From: Polyangiales bacterium
Lineage (GTDB): Bacteria; Myxococcota_A; Polyangia; Polyangiales; JADJQN01
NCBI GenBank assembly: GCA_964202905.1
Contig: CAXNJO010000007.1
Location: 32,001-96,000, forward strand
Direction: 5' to 3'
Length of the DNA: 64,000 nt
In this document: piece by piece, positions 19,218-32,764 of the stretch
How the letters are laid out: each line of letters opens with the position of its first letter
How positions within the stretch are numbered: the first letter of the stretch is position 1
Position numbers and translations under genes: made by a program
Notes under the pieces: model-generated
Seen by the model: the letters and a program-made list of their open reading frames with translations, nothing else
What the model was told of the DNA's origin: nothing
Databases searched by the model: none

Positions 19218-20439
19218 ATGCCGCTCGAGTGGTACGTCGCGTTTCGCTTCCTGCGCGAGGGGCGCGTGCAGACCCTCCTCATCGTCGCGGGCGCAGCGAT
19301 CGGGGTCACCGTCATGGTCTTCCTCTCCGCGCTGATGAGCGGCCTGCAGACGAGCCTCGTCGCGCAGACGCTCGGCACGCAGCCGCACATCGTCGTGCGT
19401 CCCCCCGACGAGGCCGCGCGGCCGCAACGCGCCTCGACGGAAGGCACCGCGGTCCTCGCGCGGGTCGGCCGCACGGCGCAGCGCGCGCAGAGCCTCGTCG
19501 CCTGGCAGCAGGTCACGCGCGAGGTCTCCCGCGCCGCGGGCGTCCGCGCCGTCTCGCCCACGGCGTCGGGGCCGATCTTCGCGCAGCGGGGCGAGGCCTC
19601 GCGCGCGGCGGTGATCTTCGGCGTCGACCCGGCCCGCTTCTCGGCGATCTATCCGATCGCGGTCGCGCCTCCGCGCAGGCGCCTTCCGGCCCGTCGGCGA
19701 CGCCTGCGTCGTCGGCAGTGAGCTCGCGCGCGAACTCGGCGTCGGCGTCGGTGGCACGCTGCGCCTCACCGCGAGCGATGGCGCGAGCGAGGCCTTCACC
19801 GTGAGCGGCGTCTTCGACCTCGGCAACCGCGAGGTCAACCGCCGCTGGGTCATCGTCTCGCTCCGCGCGGCGCAGACGCTCCTCGCGCTCGAGGGCGGTG
19901 TCACGAGCCTCGAGGTCACCGTGGACGACGTCTTCGCGGCGACGCGGATCGCCGACGCCGTCGCCGCGCGCACGGGTCTCGTGGCCGACAGCTGGATGGT
20001 GACGAACGCGCAGCTGATGGTCGGGCTGCGCTCGCAGGACAGCTCCTCGACGCTCATCCAGGTCTTCGTCGTGCTCGCCGTCGCGATGGGCATCGCGAGC
20101 GTCCTCATCGTCTCGGTCGTCCAGAAACAGAAAGAAATCGGGATCTTGCGCGCGATGGGGGCGACCCGTCGCAGCGTCCTGATCGTCTTCCTGTTGCAGG
20201 GCGCGCTCGTCGGGCTCGCGGGCTCGCTCCTCGGCGCGGGGCTCGGCGCGTCGCTCGGCGAACTCTTCGTGTCGGTCGCGCGCGCGGCCGATGGATCGCC
20301 GCTCTTCCCCGTCTCGGTGACGCCAGCGCTCCTCGCGCGCTCGACGTTCGTGGCCGTCGCGACGGGCGTCTTCGCGGCGGTGCTGCCCGCGCGCCGCGCG
20401 GCACGCCTCGATCCCGCGGTGGCGATCCGCCATGGCTGA
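19218..20439 (+). CDS. ABC transporter permease, MacB/FtsX/LolCE family; +1 frameshift near 19665
   Basis: [24 protein letters not shown]...; C-terminal [16 protein letters not shown]...[10 protein letters not shown]; span is 3n+1. Confidence 0.88.
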
Positions 20440-21157
20440 CGCGACGGACGCGGAGCTGCGCGCGCCCGTCCTCGCGCTCGACGGCGTCCGCAAGCACTTC
20501 GGGACGAAGGTCGTCACCGAGGTGCTGCGCGGGATCGACCTGCGCATCGTCGCGGGCGAGCTCATCGCGCTCACCGGCCCGTCGGGCTCGGGCAAGAGCA
20601 CGCTGCTCAACCTCATCGGGCTGCTCGATCGGCCGAGCGCAGGGCGCGTGCGCGTCGCGGGTGAGGACACGGGCGCGCTCGACGATGCCGGCCTCACGCG
20701 GCTGCGCGGCACGAAGCTCGGCTTCGTCTTCCAGTTCCACCACCTGCTGCCCGGCTTCAGCGCCGTCGAGAACGTGATGATGCCGATGGTCATCGCGCGC
20801 GGGCGGCCACGGCCGGAGATGCGCGGGAAGGCGGTCGCGCTGCTCGATCGCGTCGGTCTCGCGGACCGCGCCGACGCGCGCCCGCTCGAGCTCTCCGGCG
20901 GCCAGCAGCAGCGCGTCGCGATCGCCCGCGCGCTCGCGCTCGATGCGCCGCTCATCCTCGCCGACGAGCCCACGGGCAACCTCGACACCGAGAGCGCGTC
21001 GCGCGTCTTCGCGCTCATGCGTGAGTTGAACCGCACGACGCGGCAGGCCTTCCTCGTGGTCACCCACGACCCGCGGCTCGCGGCGCAGTGCGAGCGCGTC
21101 GTGAACCTCGTCGATGGGCGGATCGTCGCCGACGGCCCGCCCCCCGCGGCGTCGTAG
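20432..21157 (+). CDS. ABC transporter ATP-binding protein (LolD/MacB-type)
   Basis: [49 protein letters not shown]. Confidence 0.95.
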   Translation: MADATDAELRAPVLALDGVRKHFGTKVVTEVLRGIDLRIVAGELIALTGPSGSGKSTLLNLIGLLDRPSAGRVRVAGEDTGALDDAGLTRLRGTKLGFVFQFHHLLPGFSAVENVMMPMVIARGRPRPEMRGKAVALLDRVGLADRADARPLELSGGQQQRVAIARALALDAPLILADEPTGNLDTESASRVFALMRELNRTTRQAFLVVTHDPRLAAQCERVVNLVDGRIVADGPPPAAS

Positions 21158-21236
21158 GGCCGACCTGCGGGGCCCGGCGGCGCGCCTCACGCGGCCCCTG
21201 CCCACCCGGGGCGCGGCGTGGTAGATCGGCGCCGCC

Positions 21237-23960
<2,724 letters not shown>

Positions 23961-23976
23961 TCCCGCTCCAAATCAA

Positions 23977-24018
23977 GCGCGCCCGCCGCCTCCCGGGGCA
24001 GCGGGCGCGTCTCGTTTT
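23977..24018 (+). terminator. Putative intrinsic terminator hairpin between convergent genes
   Basis: GCGCGCCCGCCGCC...GGCAGCGGGCGCGT stem followed by CTCGTTTT, 16 nt after the acnA stop. Confidence 0.5.
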
Positions 24019-24037
24019 CAGAGGCGTCGCGCGCGCG

Positions 24038-24687
24038 TCAGAGGAAGCGCGCCAGGTTCTCGACGCAGGTTGCCGCCGTACCTTCAGCGCGAGGCCGACG
24101 ATCAAGAGGACCGCGTCGAGCAGCAGCGAGGCGCCGCTGAGTCCGAGTCCGACGAGCGCGACGGTCTTGCTCGTCGGGTGTGCGCCGGGCTGGTTGGCGC
24201 GCGTGATGGCGTAGGCGCCCAGTGCTGCGCCCGCGAACGCGATCGGCAGCCCGATGTAGCAGCACCAGCAAAGGACGAACGAGAGCGCCCCGAGCGCGAC
24301 GGACGCGATCGCAACGGGATCGACCGGCTGCGGCGGCCCGCTCCCATCCGGGCCACCGCCTCCCGGCGGCGCGCCAAACCCGCCTCCCGGCGGCGCGCCA
24401 AACCCCCCGCCCGGTGGCGGGCCGAATCCCCCGCTCGGCAATGAACCGAATCCCCCGCCCGGTGGTGGGCCGAATCCCCCGCCCGGTGACGGCTCACCAA
24501 ATCCCCCGCTCGGCGGTGGGCCAAATCCCCCGCTCGGCGGCGCACCAAAACCACTGCTGGGCGGCGCACCAAATCCCCCGCTCGGTGGCGGCGCACCGAA
24601 TCCCCCGCTCGACGGCGGCGCACCAAACCCACTGCTCGGCGGCTTGCCGAATCCGCCTCCCGGCGGGTCGTCCTGATCTCCCTGCAT
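24038..24687 (-). CDS. Gly/Pro-repeat membrane protein, DUF4190-like C-terminus; two apparent +1 insertions near the 3' end
   Basis: MQGDQDDPP, about 11 GGFG(A/P)PP(S/G) repeats, then VAIASVALGALSFVLCWCCYIGLP..., ALVGLGL; corrected end KYGGNLVENLARFL. Confidence 0.7.
24355..24665. repeat. Imperfect 24-27-nt coding tandem repeats (GGFGxPPx)
   Basis: Recurring CC(A/G)AATCCCCCGC(T/C)CGG and CCAAACCC units. Confidence 0.85.
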
Positions 24688-24787
24688 TCCGCGTCTCCTC
24701 GCTCCGCCCCGGTGTGGAGCGTGTCTCGTCGACCCCGCCGTGCCCGTGCGTCGGCCGATGCCTGCGCGCCGGCAGGACACCATGCGG

Positions 24788-25789
24788 CTACTCGCGCAGC
24801 AACACGTCGCAGTAATACCGGACCTTCTGGATGAGTTTGCCGTGCGGACGTGTGTGGATGTCCTTCTTCAGCGCGAGCATCACCTTGCGCTGCACGGTGT
24901 ACGTGTTGAGGACGCGCTGCGGCGGCGCCGCAGCCCCGACGTCGCGGAGTGCGTCGAACACGGACTCCTTCGGATAGCCCCACACCGCGAGATCGGCCGG
25001 GTCCAGGCGCTCGACGATGCGCTCGGCGAGCGCGCGCTTCGTCGCGTCGCCCGCCAGCTCCGCGGCCCACTTGTGCACGCTGTCGGTGACGGGGCGCGAG
25101 TGCTGGTTGACGGTGATCGGGTCGCCCATGCCCTTCTTCGCGTCGAAGCGCTTGCCGTACTCGACGGCCTCCGGCTCGTGCGCCAGCCCGAGGAAGGCGA
25201 AGATCCGCTCGAGCTGCGCCTCGGGCGCCGCGACGAGGTCCTCGTAGCCCACCTGCACCATCGGCACCGGCCGCTCGCGGAGGAAGCGCGCCATCGCGGG
25301 CACGTAGCGCTCGGCCACGGGGTTGAAGTCGTGTGCGCGCGCCCAGTCGCCGTCGAAGAAGCTGTTGGCGAAACTCGACATCACCGCGAGCGGGTGCCGC
25401 GTCAGCACCACGTACTTGGCGTGCGGATAGAGCTTCGCGAGGAAGGGCAGCACGAGCCCGTAGGCGGGCGTCTTGTCGAGGAACATCGACTTGCCGGGCG
25501 CGGTCGCGAGCATGCGGTCATACATCGTGTCGGCATACGCGCGCACGGCGTCGAGGTAGTCTTCTTCGCCGCGCGGGAGGCCCTGCACGAAGAGGCGAAT
25601 CGCCTCCGCGGCGTTGATGTGGTCGTAGGGCGCCTTGTCGACCGTGTCGTGGTAGCCGAGGTACGCGAGCGGCGTGACCAGGTGCGGCTCGGGATGCGTG
25701 AAGATCTCGGTGTGCGAGCCGAGCAGCCGTTGCAGCAGCGTCGAGCCCGAGCGCGGCGGCGAGATGATGAAGAGCAGCTTTTCCTGCAC
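24788..25789 (-). CDS. PAPS-dependent sulfotransferase
   Basis: 5'-PSB motif SPPRSGSTLLQRLL, HPEPH, FLDKTPAY, 3'-PB YVVLTRHPLAVMSS, GYEDLV; GGAGG RBS before GTG. Confidence 0.9.
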   Translation of the reverse strand: MQEKLLFIISPPRSGSTLLQRLLGSHTEIFTHPEPHLVTPLAYLGYHDTVDKAPYDHINAAEAIRLFVQGLPRGEEDYLDAVRAYADTMYDRMLATAPGKSMFLDKTPAYGLVLPFLAKLYPHAKYVVLTRHPLAVMSSFANSFFDGDWARAHDFNPVAERYVPAMARFLRERPVPMVQVGYEDLVAAPEAQLERIFAFLGLAHEPEAVEYGKRFDAKKGMGDPITVNQHSRPVTDSVHKWAAELAGDATKRALAERIVERLDPADLAVWGYPKESVFDALRDVGAAAPPQRVLNTYTVQRKVMLALKKDIHTRPHGKLIQKVRYYCDVLLRE

Positions 25790-25954
25790 GGCGTCCTCCG
25801 CCTGCCCGCGTAACCCGCGCGTGCTATCTCCGCAACCTTCTCGCTCGCCCCGGTCGGCCGCTCCGGTCTTCGCGGCCTCCGGCAGCCCGCTCGCTGCGGT
25901 CACGCAGCGCGTCCCCTCCCCGCCTCCCGAGAGGCGCACCGAGTCGAGGTCCAC

Positions 25955-27361
25955 GTGTCGATTCAGCTCAACGTGCTCTCCAGCGATTCGTCCCCGTCGT
26001 CCCCCAGCGTCGTGCCGGCGCTCAAGCCCGCCGTCCCCGCGAGCGCGCTCGCGCACCGCGATCTGCTCGGCGGTGACTTCTGGCGGCGCATCCCCGCCTA
26101 CAAGGACGTCACCGAGGCGCAGTTCCTCGATCACCACTGGCAGGCGAAGAACTCGATCCTCAAGCCGGAGAAGCTCCTCGCGACGCTTCAGGGCCTCGTT
26201 AGCGAGACCTTCGTCGCCGACGTCCAGGACGGCTTCGCGCGCGCACCCATGGCGCTGCGCGTCTCGCCGTATCTCCTGTCGATCATCGATTGGCAGAATC
26301 CCTACTCCGACCCGCTGCGTCGGCAGTTCATCCCGATGGGCTCGACGCGCCTGCCCGATCACCCGAAGCTCGGTCTCGACTCGCTCGGCGAGCAGGCGGA
26401 CGCCCCGGTCGCGGGCCTCACGCACCGCTACCGTGACAAGGCGCTCTTCCTCGCGCTCGACACCTGCCCCGTCTACTGCCGCTTCTGCACGCGCAGCTAC
26501 GCCGTCGGCACCGACACCGGCGAGGTCGAGAAGGTGCAGCTCAAGGCCAACCCCGAGCGCTGGCGCGCGGCCTTCGACTACATCCGCTCGCGCCCGGAGC
26601 TCGAGGACATCGTCATCTCCGGCGGCGACGCGTGGAGTCTGCGCGCCGACCAGATCCGCGCCCTCGGGGACACGCTCCTCGACATCCCTCACGTGCGCCG
26701 CATGCGCTTCGCGACGAAGGGCCCCGCGGTCATGCCGCAGAAGCTCCTCACCGACGACCCGTGGTTCGAGTCGCTCATCCACGTCGTCAAGCGTGGCCGC
26801 GCGCTCGGCAAGGACGTCGTGCTGCACACGCACTTCAACCACGCGAACGAGATCACCGAGATCACGCAGCGTGCCCTCGCGCGCGTGCACGCCGAGGGCG
26901 TGATGGTGCGCAACCAGAGCGTCCTGCAGCGCGGCGTGAACGACACCGTCGAGGCGATGACGCTGCTCGTGCGGCGCCTCGGCTTCGTGAACGTGCACCC
27001 CTACTACGTGTACCAGCACGATCTCGTGCAGGGCACCGAGGAGCTGCGCACCACGGTGCAGACGGCCATCGACCTCGAGAAGCACGTGCGCGGCTCGACG
27101 GCCGGCTTCAACACGCCGACCTTCGTCGTCGACGCGCCGCAGGGAGGCGGCAAGCGCGACGCGCACTCCTTCGAGTACTACGACCGCACCACCGGCATCA
27201 GCGTCTACACCGCGCCGAGCGTGAAGCCGGGCGTGTTGTTCTACTACTTCGATCCCGTCGATTTGCTCCCCGAGGAGGGGCGCCGTCGCTGGGCGGATCC
27301 GGCCGAGCACCCGCGCATGGTCGAGGATGCGCTCGCCATGGCGGCGGCCCGGGCGCGCTGA
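25955..27361 (+). CDS. kamA: KamA family radical-SAM/PLP 2,3-aminomutase
   Basis: DPLRRQF, THRYRDKAL, CPVYCRFC, ISGGD, HFNHANE, NQSVLQRGVND, PYYVYQHD, PTFVVDAPQGGGK. Confidence 0.9.
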   Translation: MSIQLNVLSSDSSPSSPSVVPALKPAVPASALAHRDLLGGDFWRRIPAYKDVTEAQFLDHHWQAKNSILKPEKLLATLQGLVSETFVADVQDGFARAPMALRVSPYLLSIIDWQNPYSDPLRRQFIPMGSTRLPDHPKLGLDSLGEQADAPVAGLTHRYRDKALFLALDTCPVYCRFCTRSYAVGTDTGEVEKVQLKANPERWRAAFDYIRSRPELEDIVISGGDAWSLRADQIRALGDTLLDIPHVRRMRFATKGPAVMPQKLLTDDPWFESLIHVVKRGRALGKDVVLHTHFNHANEITEITQRALARVHAEGVMVRNQSVLQRGVNDTVEAMTLLVRRLGFVNVHPYYVYQHDLVQGTEELRTTVQTAIDLEKHVRGSTAGFNTPTFVVDAPQGGGKRDAHSFEYYDRTTGISVYTAPSVKPGVLFYYFDPVDLLPEEGRRRWADPAEHPRMVEDALAMAAARAR

Positions 27362-27426
27362 GCCCCGTCCAGGCGCGCCGCGCTGGCGCCGGGTCCGCAG
27401 CGAGTGGCCCGGCGTGCGCAGCGCGC

Positions 27427-28056
27427 TCAGCCGCACCAGCCGGGCGACTCGTCGACGCCGGGGGCGCAGAAGTCCTCCGGCGCGCGTGCGTAGTGCGCAT
27501 CGACGAAGGCCCGCAACGATGCCTCGTCGAGGCACGTCGCGCGGTAGATCTCGCCCCACGCGGCGGCGGCGATCGGCACGTCGAGGTCCGGTGACGGCAC
27601 GACGATCAAGCGGTGCGGGACGCTGGTCGTCGTGCACCGCGGATCAGGCGTGTAGGTGTCGTAGAAGGCGCGCAGCCGCGCGGGCACGTCGGCGCAGTCG
27701 GCCCCGCACGCGTACGCGATGACGACCCCGCCGTGCTCGAGCGAGTGCACGAGGTGGCCCCACGGCACGGGCGCGTCGTACACGCCGAAGGCGGCCCAGG
27801 TCGCGTAATGCGGGCCCTCGCTCGGCGGGGTCGTGTCGAACGTGGTGTCGGTGCACGGTGTGAGGTGCGTCGCCGCCTCCCGCGTGGCGGCGGACGCGGT
27901 GAGGACGCGGCACTCGGTGGCGGGCGGGATCGGCGCAGCATCGGGGCGCGTCTCGACGATGTTGTCGAGGCCACCATCTCTCAGGATGGTCGCCGGCGTC
28001 TCCGCACACGCCGCGACGAGGAGCGTGAGCGCCGCCGCGAGCACACGCCGGTTCAA
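27427..28056 (-). CDS. DUF3105 family lipoprotein
   Basis: Lipobox VAAC; PPSEGPHY, W...GVY, LVHSLEHGGVVIAY, IAAAAWG. Confidence 0.85.
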   Translation of the reverse strand: MNRRVLAAALTLLVAACAETPATILRDGGLDNIVETRPDAAPIPPATECRVLTASAATREAATHLTPCTDTTFDTTPPSEGPHYATWAAFGVYDAPVPWGHLVHSLEHGGVVIAYACGADCADVPARLRAFYDTYTPDPRCTTTSVPHRLIVVPSPDLDVPIAAAAWGEIYRATCLDEASLRAFVDAHYARAPEDFCAPGVDESPGWCG

Positions 28057-28877
28057 CGCGACCTCGCGCGTACGACGTAGATCTGAGACTCGCTCTCGGG
28101 CTGCAGCGGGCCGCGGTCGAAGTCGCCGTAACAGGCCTCGATCGCGAAGCCGTTGTAGTGCAGCAGCGCCTCCAGCTCGGCGGGGAAGAACTGCCGATGC
28201 GCGAGCGGGACTACGAAGGTGTTCTCGTCGTCCGCCGGGTCTTCGAAGATCATGGTGACCAACTGGACCTGCTTCACGGGGTCGTAGTGGAACGTCTCGC
28301 CGTAGCGGTAGCGCTTGCCGTCGCTCGGCCAGCGCACGGCGGGCGCGCGGAACACGCGGCTCGGATCGCGCGCGAGCGCGCCTGCGTCCGGCACCAGCAC
28401 GTCGAACACGAACCGGCCGCGCGGCGCGAGGTGGGCCTTCACCGTCGCGAGCGCGCGCTCGAGGTCACGCCGATCGTAAAGGTGCATGAACGTGTTGAAG
28501 GGCGCGATGACGAGCGGGAAGCGGCGCCGCAGCCGCACGCTGCGCATGTCGCCCTGCCGGAAGCTGAGGCGCTCGCGGACCGCGCGCGGCTCCTTTGCCA
28601 CCTGCGCCGCCGCGCGCTCGAGCATGGCCGGGACGAGGTCCACGCATATCACCTCGGTGCCCGCGCGGGCCATCGCGAGCGCGACGCGGCCCGTCCCCGC
28701 GCCGAGCTCCAGCACCCCACCGCCTCCGCGCGCGTCCGCCTCTGCGACGTAGAACGCGACGTCTTCGCGGCGGCGACGGTAGGCCTGGTCGTAGTAGGCG
28801 CCGTCCTCGTAGAGGGCGCGCGTCCCCGCCTCGAGGATGGCGTGGCGGGCTTCTTTCGGCGTGAGGGGCTGGCTCAT
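28053..28877 (-). CDS. Class I SAM-dependent methyltransferase
   Basis: VLELGAGTGRVA, VDLVPAML, GDMR, PFNTFMHL, HLAPRGRFVFD. Confidence 0.9.
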   Translation of the reverse strand: MSQPLTPKEARHAILEAGTRALYEDGAYYDQAYRRRREDVAFYVAEADARGGGGVLELGAGTGRVALAMARAGTEVICVDLVPAMLERAAAQVAKEPRAVRERLSFRQGDMRSVRLRRRFPLVIAPFNTFMHLYDRRDLERALATVKAHLAPRGRFVFDVLVPDAGALARDPSRVFRAPAVRWPSDGKRYRYGETFHYDPVKQVQLVTMIFEDPADDENTFVVPLAHRQFFPAELEALLHYNGFAIEACYGDFDRGPLQPESESQIYVVRARSR

Positions 28878-28884
28878 CGGCGTC

Positions 28885-29541
28885 TCATGAGGCGGCGTCC
28901 TCCTCGCTGAAGTCGGGCGGGGGCGGGCGCATCGGGACGTGGCCCGGTGTGCGGGGGTCTTCGCCGCCGTCGGGGAGCATGCCGGGCGTCGCGGCCGGGC
29001 CCGCGAGATCCGGCTCGTTCTCGATGAAGCGGTACGCGGCGACGAACCACGCCGCGCCGCGCTTCTCCATCACGAACTCCATGCGGCGCACGTACGGGCG
29101 GCCCATCCACTCGCCGACGCCGTGGCCGCGCAGCGCGATCCGGCCGCCCTCGAGGTTCTCGCTCTCGTTGATCTGCAGACGCAGCCGCGTGTCCGCGAGC
29201 TGCTTCCACACCGCCTCGCCGAGCGCGCGATCCTCGGGGCTCATCTCCACTTCGCGTTGCTGCCGCTGCGCGATCTTCTCCCGCGCGACGCCGACGCTGA
29301 GCCGCAACCCGACGTCGTGCGCGCGCGTCCGCCACGCGTCGAGCCACGACTCCGCGGCGCGCTCGGGCGTGCCCTGATCGACCGCGACCTCCCGCGGCAC
29401 GACGGGGGGCATCGGCCCGCCGGGCTCGGGTTCGCCCCGCTGTGTCGACAGCACGGAGACGACGCCCACCGAGATCATCACGCTCGCGGCCGCGAGCACG
29501 AGGGGCGTCGAGACGCGCCGTGGGATTGCACGCTCAGCCAT
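28885..29541 (-). CDS. Hypothetical single-TM protein
   Basis: ATG overlaps the upstream stop, GGAGG RBS, N-terminal hydrophobic anchor. Confidence 0.65.
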   Translation of the reverse strand: MAERAIPRRVSTPLVLAAASVMISVGVVSVLSTQRGEPEPGGPMPPVVPREVAVDQGTPERAAESWLDAWRTRAHDVGLRLSVGVAREKIAQRQQREVEMSPEDRALGEAVWKQLADTRLRLQINESENLEGGRIALRGHGVGEWMGRPYVRRMEFVMEKRGAAWFVAAYRFIENEPDLAGPAATPGMLPDGGEDPRTPGHVPMRPPPPDFSEEDAAS

Positions 29542-30343
29542 GGGCCCTCCGCGCGAGCAGCGTTCGCGCGATCTCGGCGAACCCCGCGCCGTGCTCCGCC
29601 TCGGCCACGTAGCGTGGCGCCGTCGGCAGCGCGTCGAGCCAGCGCAGCACGTTGCGCGGCCCCGCGCTCGCGCGGAACGCCGCGAAGGCCGCTGCATCGT
29701 TGCCGCTGTCGCCGACGAAGAGCACGGCGTCGTCGGGCACGGCGTGTCCCGTCGCGGCGGCGAGCGCCGCGCGGATGCCCGTCGCCTTGTCGTGATCGCC
29801 GAAGAACGCGTGCGCATGCACGCTCGACACGATCGCGCGCGCGCCCTCGGCCTCGATGAGCGCGCGGAGCGCCTCGCGCTCGCTCTCGGAGAGATGCGCG
29901 TGCTCGCCGACGTCGAACGCCAGATCGACGCGGCGCGCGCGCTGATCGTCCGTCACGCGCACGGTGGGCAGCGCCCGCGCGACACGCTCGCGGAGGGAAT
30001 CGAGGCGCCGCAGGCCCGCCGTGCGCGTCGCCGCGTCGTCGGCGTAGTCCTCGCGCAGGGCGCCAGTCGCCGCGTCGCGCCACACCCAGCCGCCGCCGTT
30101 CTCGCCGACGGCCGCGTGCACCGGCCACTGCCGCGCGACGACGTCGCAGAGCCCGAGCGGACGGCCCGTCGCCGCGACGAGCACGAGGCCCGCGTCGGCG
30201 AGCGCCCAGAGCGCGTCGTAGGCGTCTCGCTCGAGACGGCCATCCCGCGTGATGGTGTCGTCGATGTCGAACGCGACCGCCGTGATCGCGCGGGCCTCGG
30301 CGGCGGTGAGCGCGGCGATCGGCGCGGGCGCGGCGGGGCTCAC
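29534..30343 (-). CDS. HAD-superfamily IIB hydrolase
   Basis: FDIDDTIT motif [24 protein letters not shown]. Confidence 0.88.
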   Translation of the reverse strand: MSPAAPAPIAALTAAEARAITAVAFDIDDTITRDGRLERDAYDALWALADAGLVLVAATGRPLGLCDVVARQWPVHAAVGENGGGWVWRDAATGALREDYADDAATRTAGLRRLDSLRERVARALPTVRVTDDQRARRVDLAFDVGEHAHLSESEREALRALIEAEGARAIVSSVHAHAFFGDHDKATGIRAALAAATGHAVPDDAVLFVGDSGNDAAAFAAFRASAGPRNVLRWLDALPTAPRYVAEAEHGAGFAEIARTLLARRAHG

Positions 30344-31530
30344 GACGCGCGCAGGAAGGCGCACTTCAGGTAGCGGCCTTCGGGGAAGGAGGCAGGCACC
30401 GGGTGATCGGGGCCCTGCTCGCCGAGGTGTACCAGCGTGACGTCGCGGCCCGCGTCGCGTGCCGCCATCCCGACGACGCGCAGGAACTCGCCCGGGCGGA
30501 TCGCCGCCGAGCACGAGCACGAGACGAGCAGACCGCCCGGCTCGAGGAGCTTGATCGCCGTCGCGTTGAGGCGGCGGTAAGCCTTGCGGCCCTGGTCGAG
30601 GTGGCGTGCGGTCGGCGCGAGCTTGGGCGGATCGACGAGGACCACGTCGAATTTCTCGCCGCGCTGCACGAGCTCGGGGAGGGCGCGCTTGACGTCCGCG
30701 CGGACGAAGTCGATCCGGTCGCTGAGCCGCGCGTGCTGCGCGATCACCGCGCCTGCGCCGATCGCGGCGGCCGACGCGTCGATCGCCGTCACCTTCGCCG
30801 CCCCGCCGCGCGCGGCCGCGAGCGAGAACGCCCCGACGTACGAGAAGGCGTCGAGCACGCGCTTGCCGCGCACGAGTCCCTCGAATCGCCCGCGGTTCTC
30901 GCGCTGATCGAAGTAGAAGCCCGTCTTCTGCGACGCGCTCAGCGGCAACTCGAAGTCGAAGCCGCGCTCGCGGAAGCGCAGCGTGTCGATCGACGGACCT
31001 CGCACGATCTGCGTCTGCGCTTCGAATCCCTCGAGCCGCTGCGTGCGCTCGCTCGCGACCTCGATGATGGTCTTCGCGCCCGTGACGCGGGCGACCTCCG
31101 CGAAGACGTCCGCCTCGCGCCGCTTCATCCCGAGCGTGAGCAGCTGCACGGACGCGGCCGAGCCGAAGACATCGACGATGAGCCCCGCGAGCCCGTCGCC
31201 CTCCGCGTGGACGAGCCGGTATCCCGTCGTCTCGTCGCCGGGCAGCCCGAGCCAGGCCTTGCGCCAGGCCGCGGCCTCTTCGAGCCGACGCCCGAGGAAG
31301 GCCGTGTCGAGCGCCTCGTCCGAATCGCGCGAGAGGATGCGCACCGGAATCGCCGAGTCCGGGGACCAGTATCCCCGGCCGAGCACGTTGCCCCGTGCAT
31401 CGACGACGGACACGACGTCGCCCGCGGCGGGCGCGCCTTCGACGCGCTCGATCGCTTGCGCGAAGACCCATGGATGCCCCGCCCAGACGGGTTGGACGTG
31501 ACCGGAACGCAGGCGGATCTTCGCGGACAT
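30340..31530 (-). CDS. rlmI: RlmI-like SAM-dependent rRNA methyltransferase (PUA domain)
   Basis: [57 protein letters not shown]...FPEGRYLK. Confidence 0.9.
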   Translation of the reverse strand: MSAKIRLRSGHVQPVWAGHPWVFAQAIERVEGAPAAGDVVSVVDARGNVLGRGYWSPDSAIPVRILSRDSDEALDTAFLGRRLEEAAAWRKAWLGLPGDETTGYRLVHAEGDGLAGLIVDVFGSAASVQLLTLGMKRREADVFAEVARVTGAKTIIEVASERTQRLEGFEAQTQIVRGPSIDTLRFRERGFDFELPLSASQKTGFYFDQRENRGRFEGLVRGKRVLDAFSYVGAFSLAAARGGAAKVTAIDASAAAIGAGAVIAQHARLSDRIDFVRADVKRALPELVQRGEKFDVVLVDPPKLAPTARHLDQGRKAYRRLNATAIKLLEPGGLLVSCSCSAAIRPGEFLRVVGMAARDAGRDVTLVHLGEQGPDHPVPASFPEGRYLKCAFLRAS

Positions 31531-31537
31531 CGGCGCG

Positions 31538-31543
31538 ATGCTA
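31538..31543 (-). promoter_or_regulatory. -10 box TAGCAT 7 nt before the rlmI start (leaderless-type)
   Basis: Minus strand TGC-TAGCAT-cgcgccg-ATG. Confidence 0.5.
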
Positions 31544-31662
31544 GCAGCACGTCGATCGAAGCGCGCGCGTGCGGTGCCCTGCGTGCCTTGCCGGTGCCGG
31601 ATGCGCGGCGTAGGCTCGCCGCACCCACCGCGGCCGCGACGGGCGCGTGGAGCCGGAGTGTC

Positions 31663-31917
31663 ATGCCGAACATCGGAATGGGTGAGCTGGTCGTCGTGCT
31701 GCTGATCGTCCTGCTCGTCTTCGGGGCGAGCCGTCTGCCGCAGATCGGCGAGGGCGTCGGCAAGGCGATCAAGAACTTCAAGCGCGGCATCCAATCCGAC
31801 GACGACATCGAGGTCACGCCGAAGGTCGCCAAGCGCGTCGCCGCGGGCGCGAGCGGGAGCAAACTCGCGCTCGACGAGACGGAAGACGCCGAGGTGGTCG
31901 AGCGCAAGAACGGCTGA
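31663..31917 (+). CDS. tatA: Twin-arginine translocase TatA/TatE subunit
   Basis: [44 protein letters not shown]. Confidence 0.95.
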   Translation: MPNIGMGELVVVLLIVLLVFGASRLPQIGEGVGKAIKNFKRGIQSDDDIEVTPKVAKRVAAGASGSKLALDETEDAEVVERKNG

Positions 31918-31926
31918 GCCGCGCGC

Positions 31927-32676
31927 ATGGCGTGGCTCGACGACGACGCGGCCATCCTCGCGCGCCGCGTCGCTTCGCTGAAGGACCCGCAGCTCCGCGT
32001 CGCGTACGTCCGGTCGAGGCTGCTCGAGGCGAGCCCCGCGGAGGTCCGGTCGTTGGTCGCCGAGGTGGCCGCCCGCGCCACGGTGGGCGACATCGCGCAC
32101 GGCGACCTCTGGGTGTCCATGGCGGTCGCCCTCGCGGATCCGCTGTGCAGTGTGTTGCGCGCGGCGGCCGCCGAGCAAGCGCGCGCGGAGGGCGATTTGG
32201 ACGCCGCCGCGCTGCTCGAGTCTGCGCCGCCGGGCGAGATCGACGAGGCCGCGCGACGGGTGCCCACGCACGCGGCGCGAGAGGGGCGTCCGCTGTCGCT
32301 CGGGGAACGCAAGGCGCTCGCGCGTCGCCCCGGCCGCGACCTCCTCGCGCGGGTGCTGCGCGATCCGCACCCTGACGTCGTCCGCATCCTGCTCGGCCAT
32401 CCGCGGCTCACGGAGGACGACCTCGTGCGCCTCTGCGCGCGCCGGCCCATCGCGCCCGAGGTCCTCCGCGAGGTCGTCCTCTCGGCGCGGTGGATCGTGC
32501 GCTACCGCGTGCGCGCCGCGATCCTGCGCAACCCGCACACCCCGCTCGAGCTCGCGCTGCCGCTCGTCGCCGGCCTCCACGCGCAGGATGCGCGCGCCGT
32601 CGCTGCGTCCGAGGAACTCCCGCGGGCGGTCCGCGAGGCCTGCGCCCGGCTCGGGCCGCCAAAGACCGTTCACTGA
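31927..32676 (+). CDS. Conserved hypothetical alpha-helical repeat protein
   Basis: LSLGERKALAR, LLGHPRLTEDD, AILRNPHTP repeats (LRV/HEAT-like). Confidence 0.7.
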   Translation: MAWLDDDAAILARRVASLKDPQLRVAYVRSRLLEASPAEVRSLVAEVAARATVGDIAHGDLWVSMAVALADPLCSVLRAAAAEQARAEGDLDAAALLESAPPGEIDEAARRVPTHAAREGRPLSLGERKALARRPGRDLLARVLRDPHPDVVRILLGHPRLTEDDLVRLCARRPIAPEVLREVVLSARWIVRYRVRAAILRNPHTPLELALPLVAGLHAQDARAVAASEELPRAVREACARLGPPKTVH

Positions 32677-32764
32677 AGGGGCCATGCACCGTTGGACGCG
32701 GCGATCCTGTGCTTGACGCAGCGCGTCGCCCGCTGTAATCGGAGTCGGATAGGGGAGCGAACCC

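Noticed and set aside
24355..24665. Regularly spaced repeats resembling a CRISPR array
   Set aside because: Units are contiguous, degenerate at third codon positions, lack unique spacers and encode GGFGxPP in frame; no cas genes are present.
32713..32739. TTGACG ... TGTAAT promoter before the phaR-like gene
   Set aside because: 15-nt spacer and imperfect -10; too weak to call.
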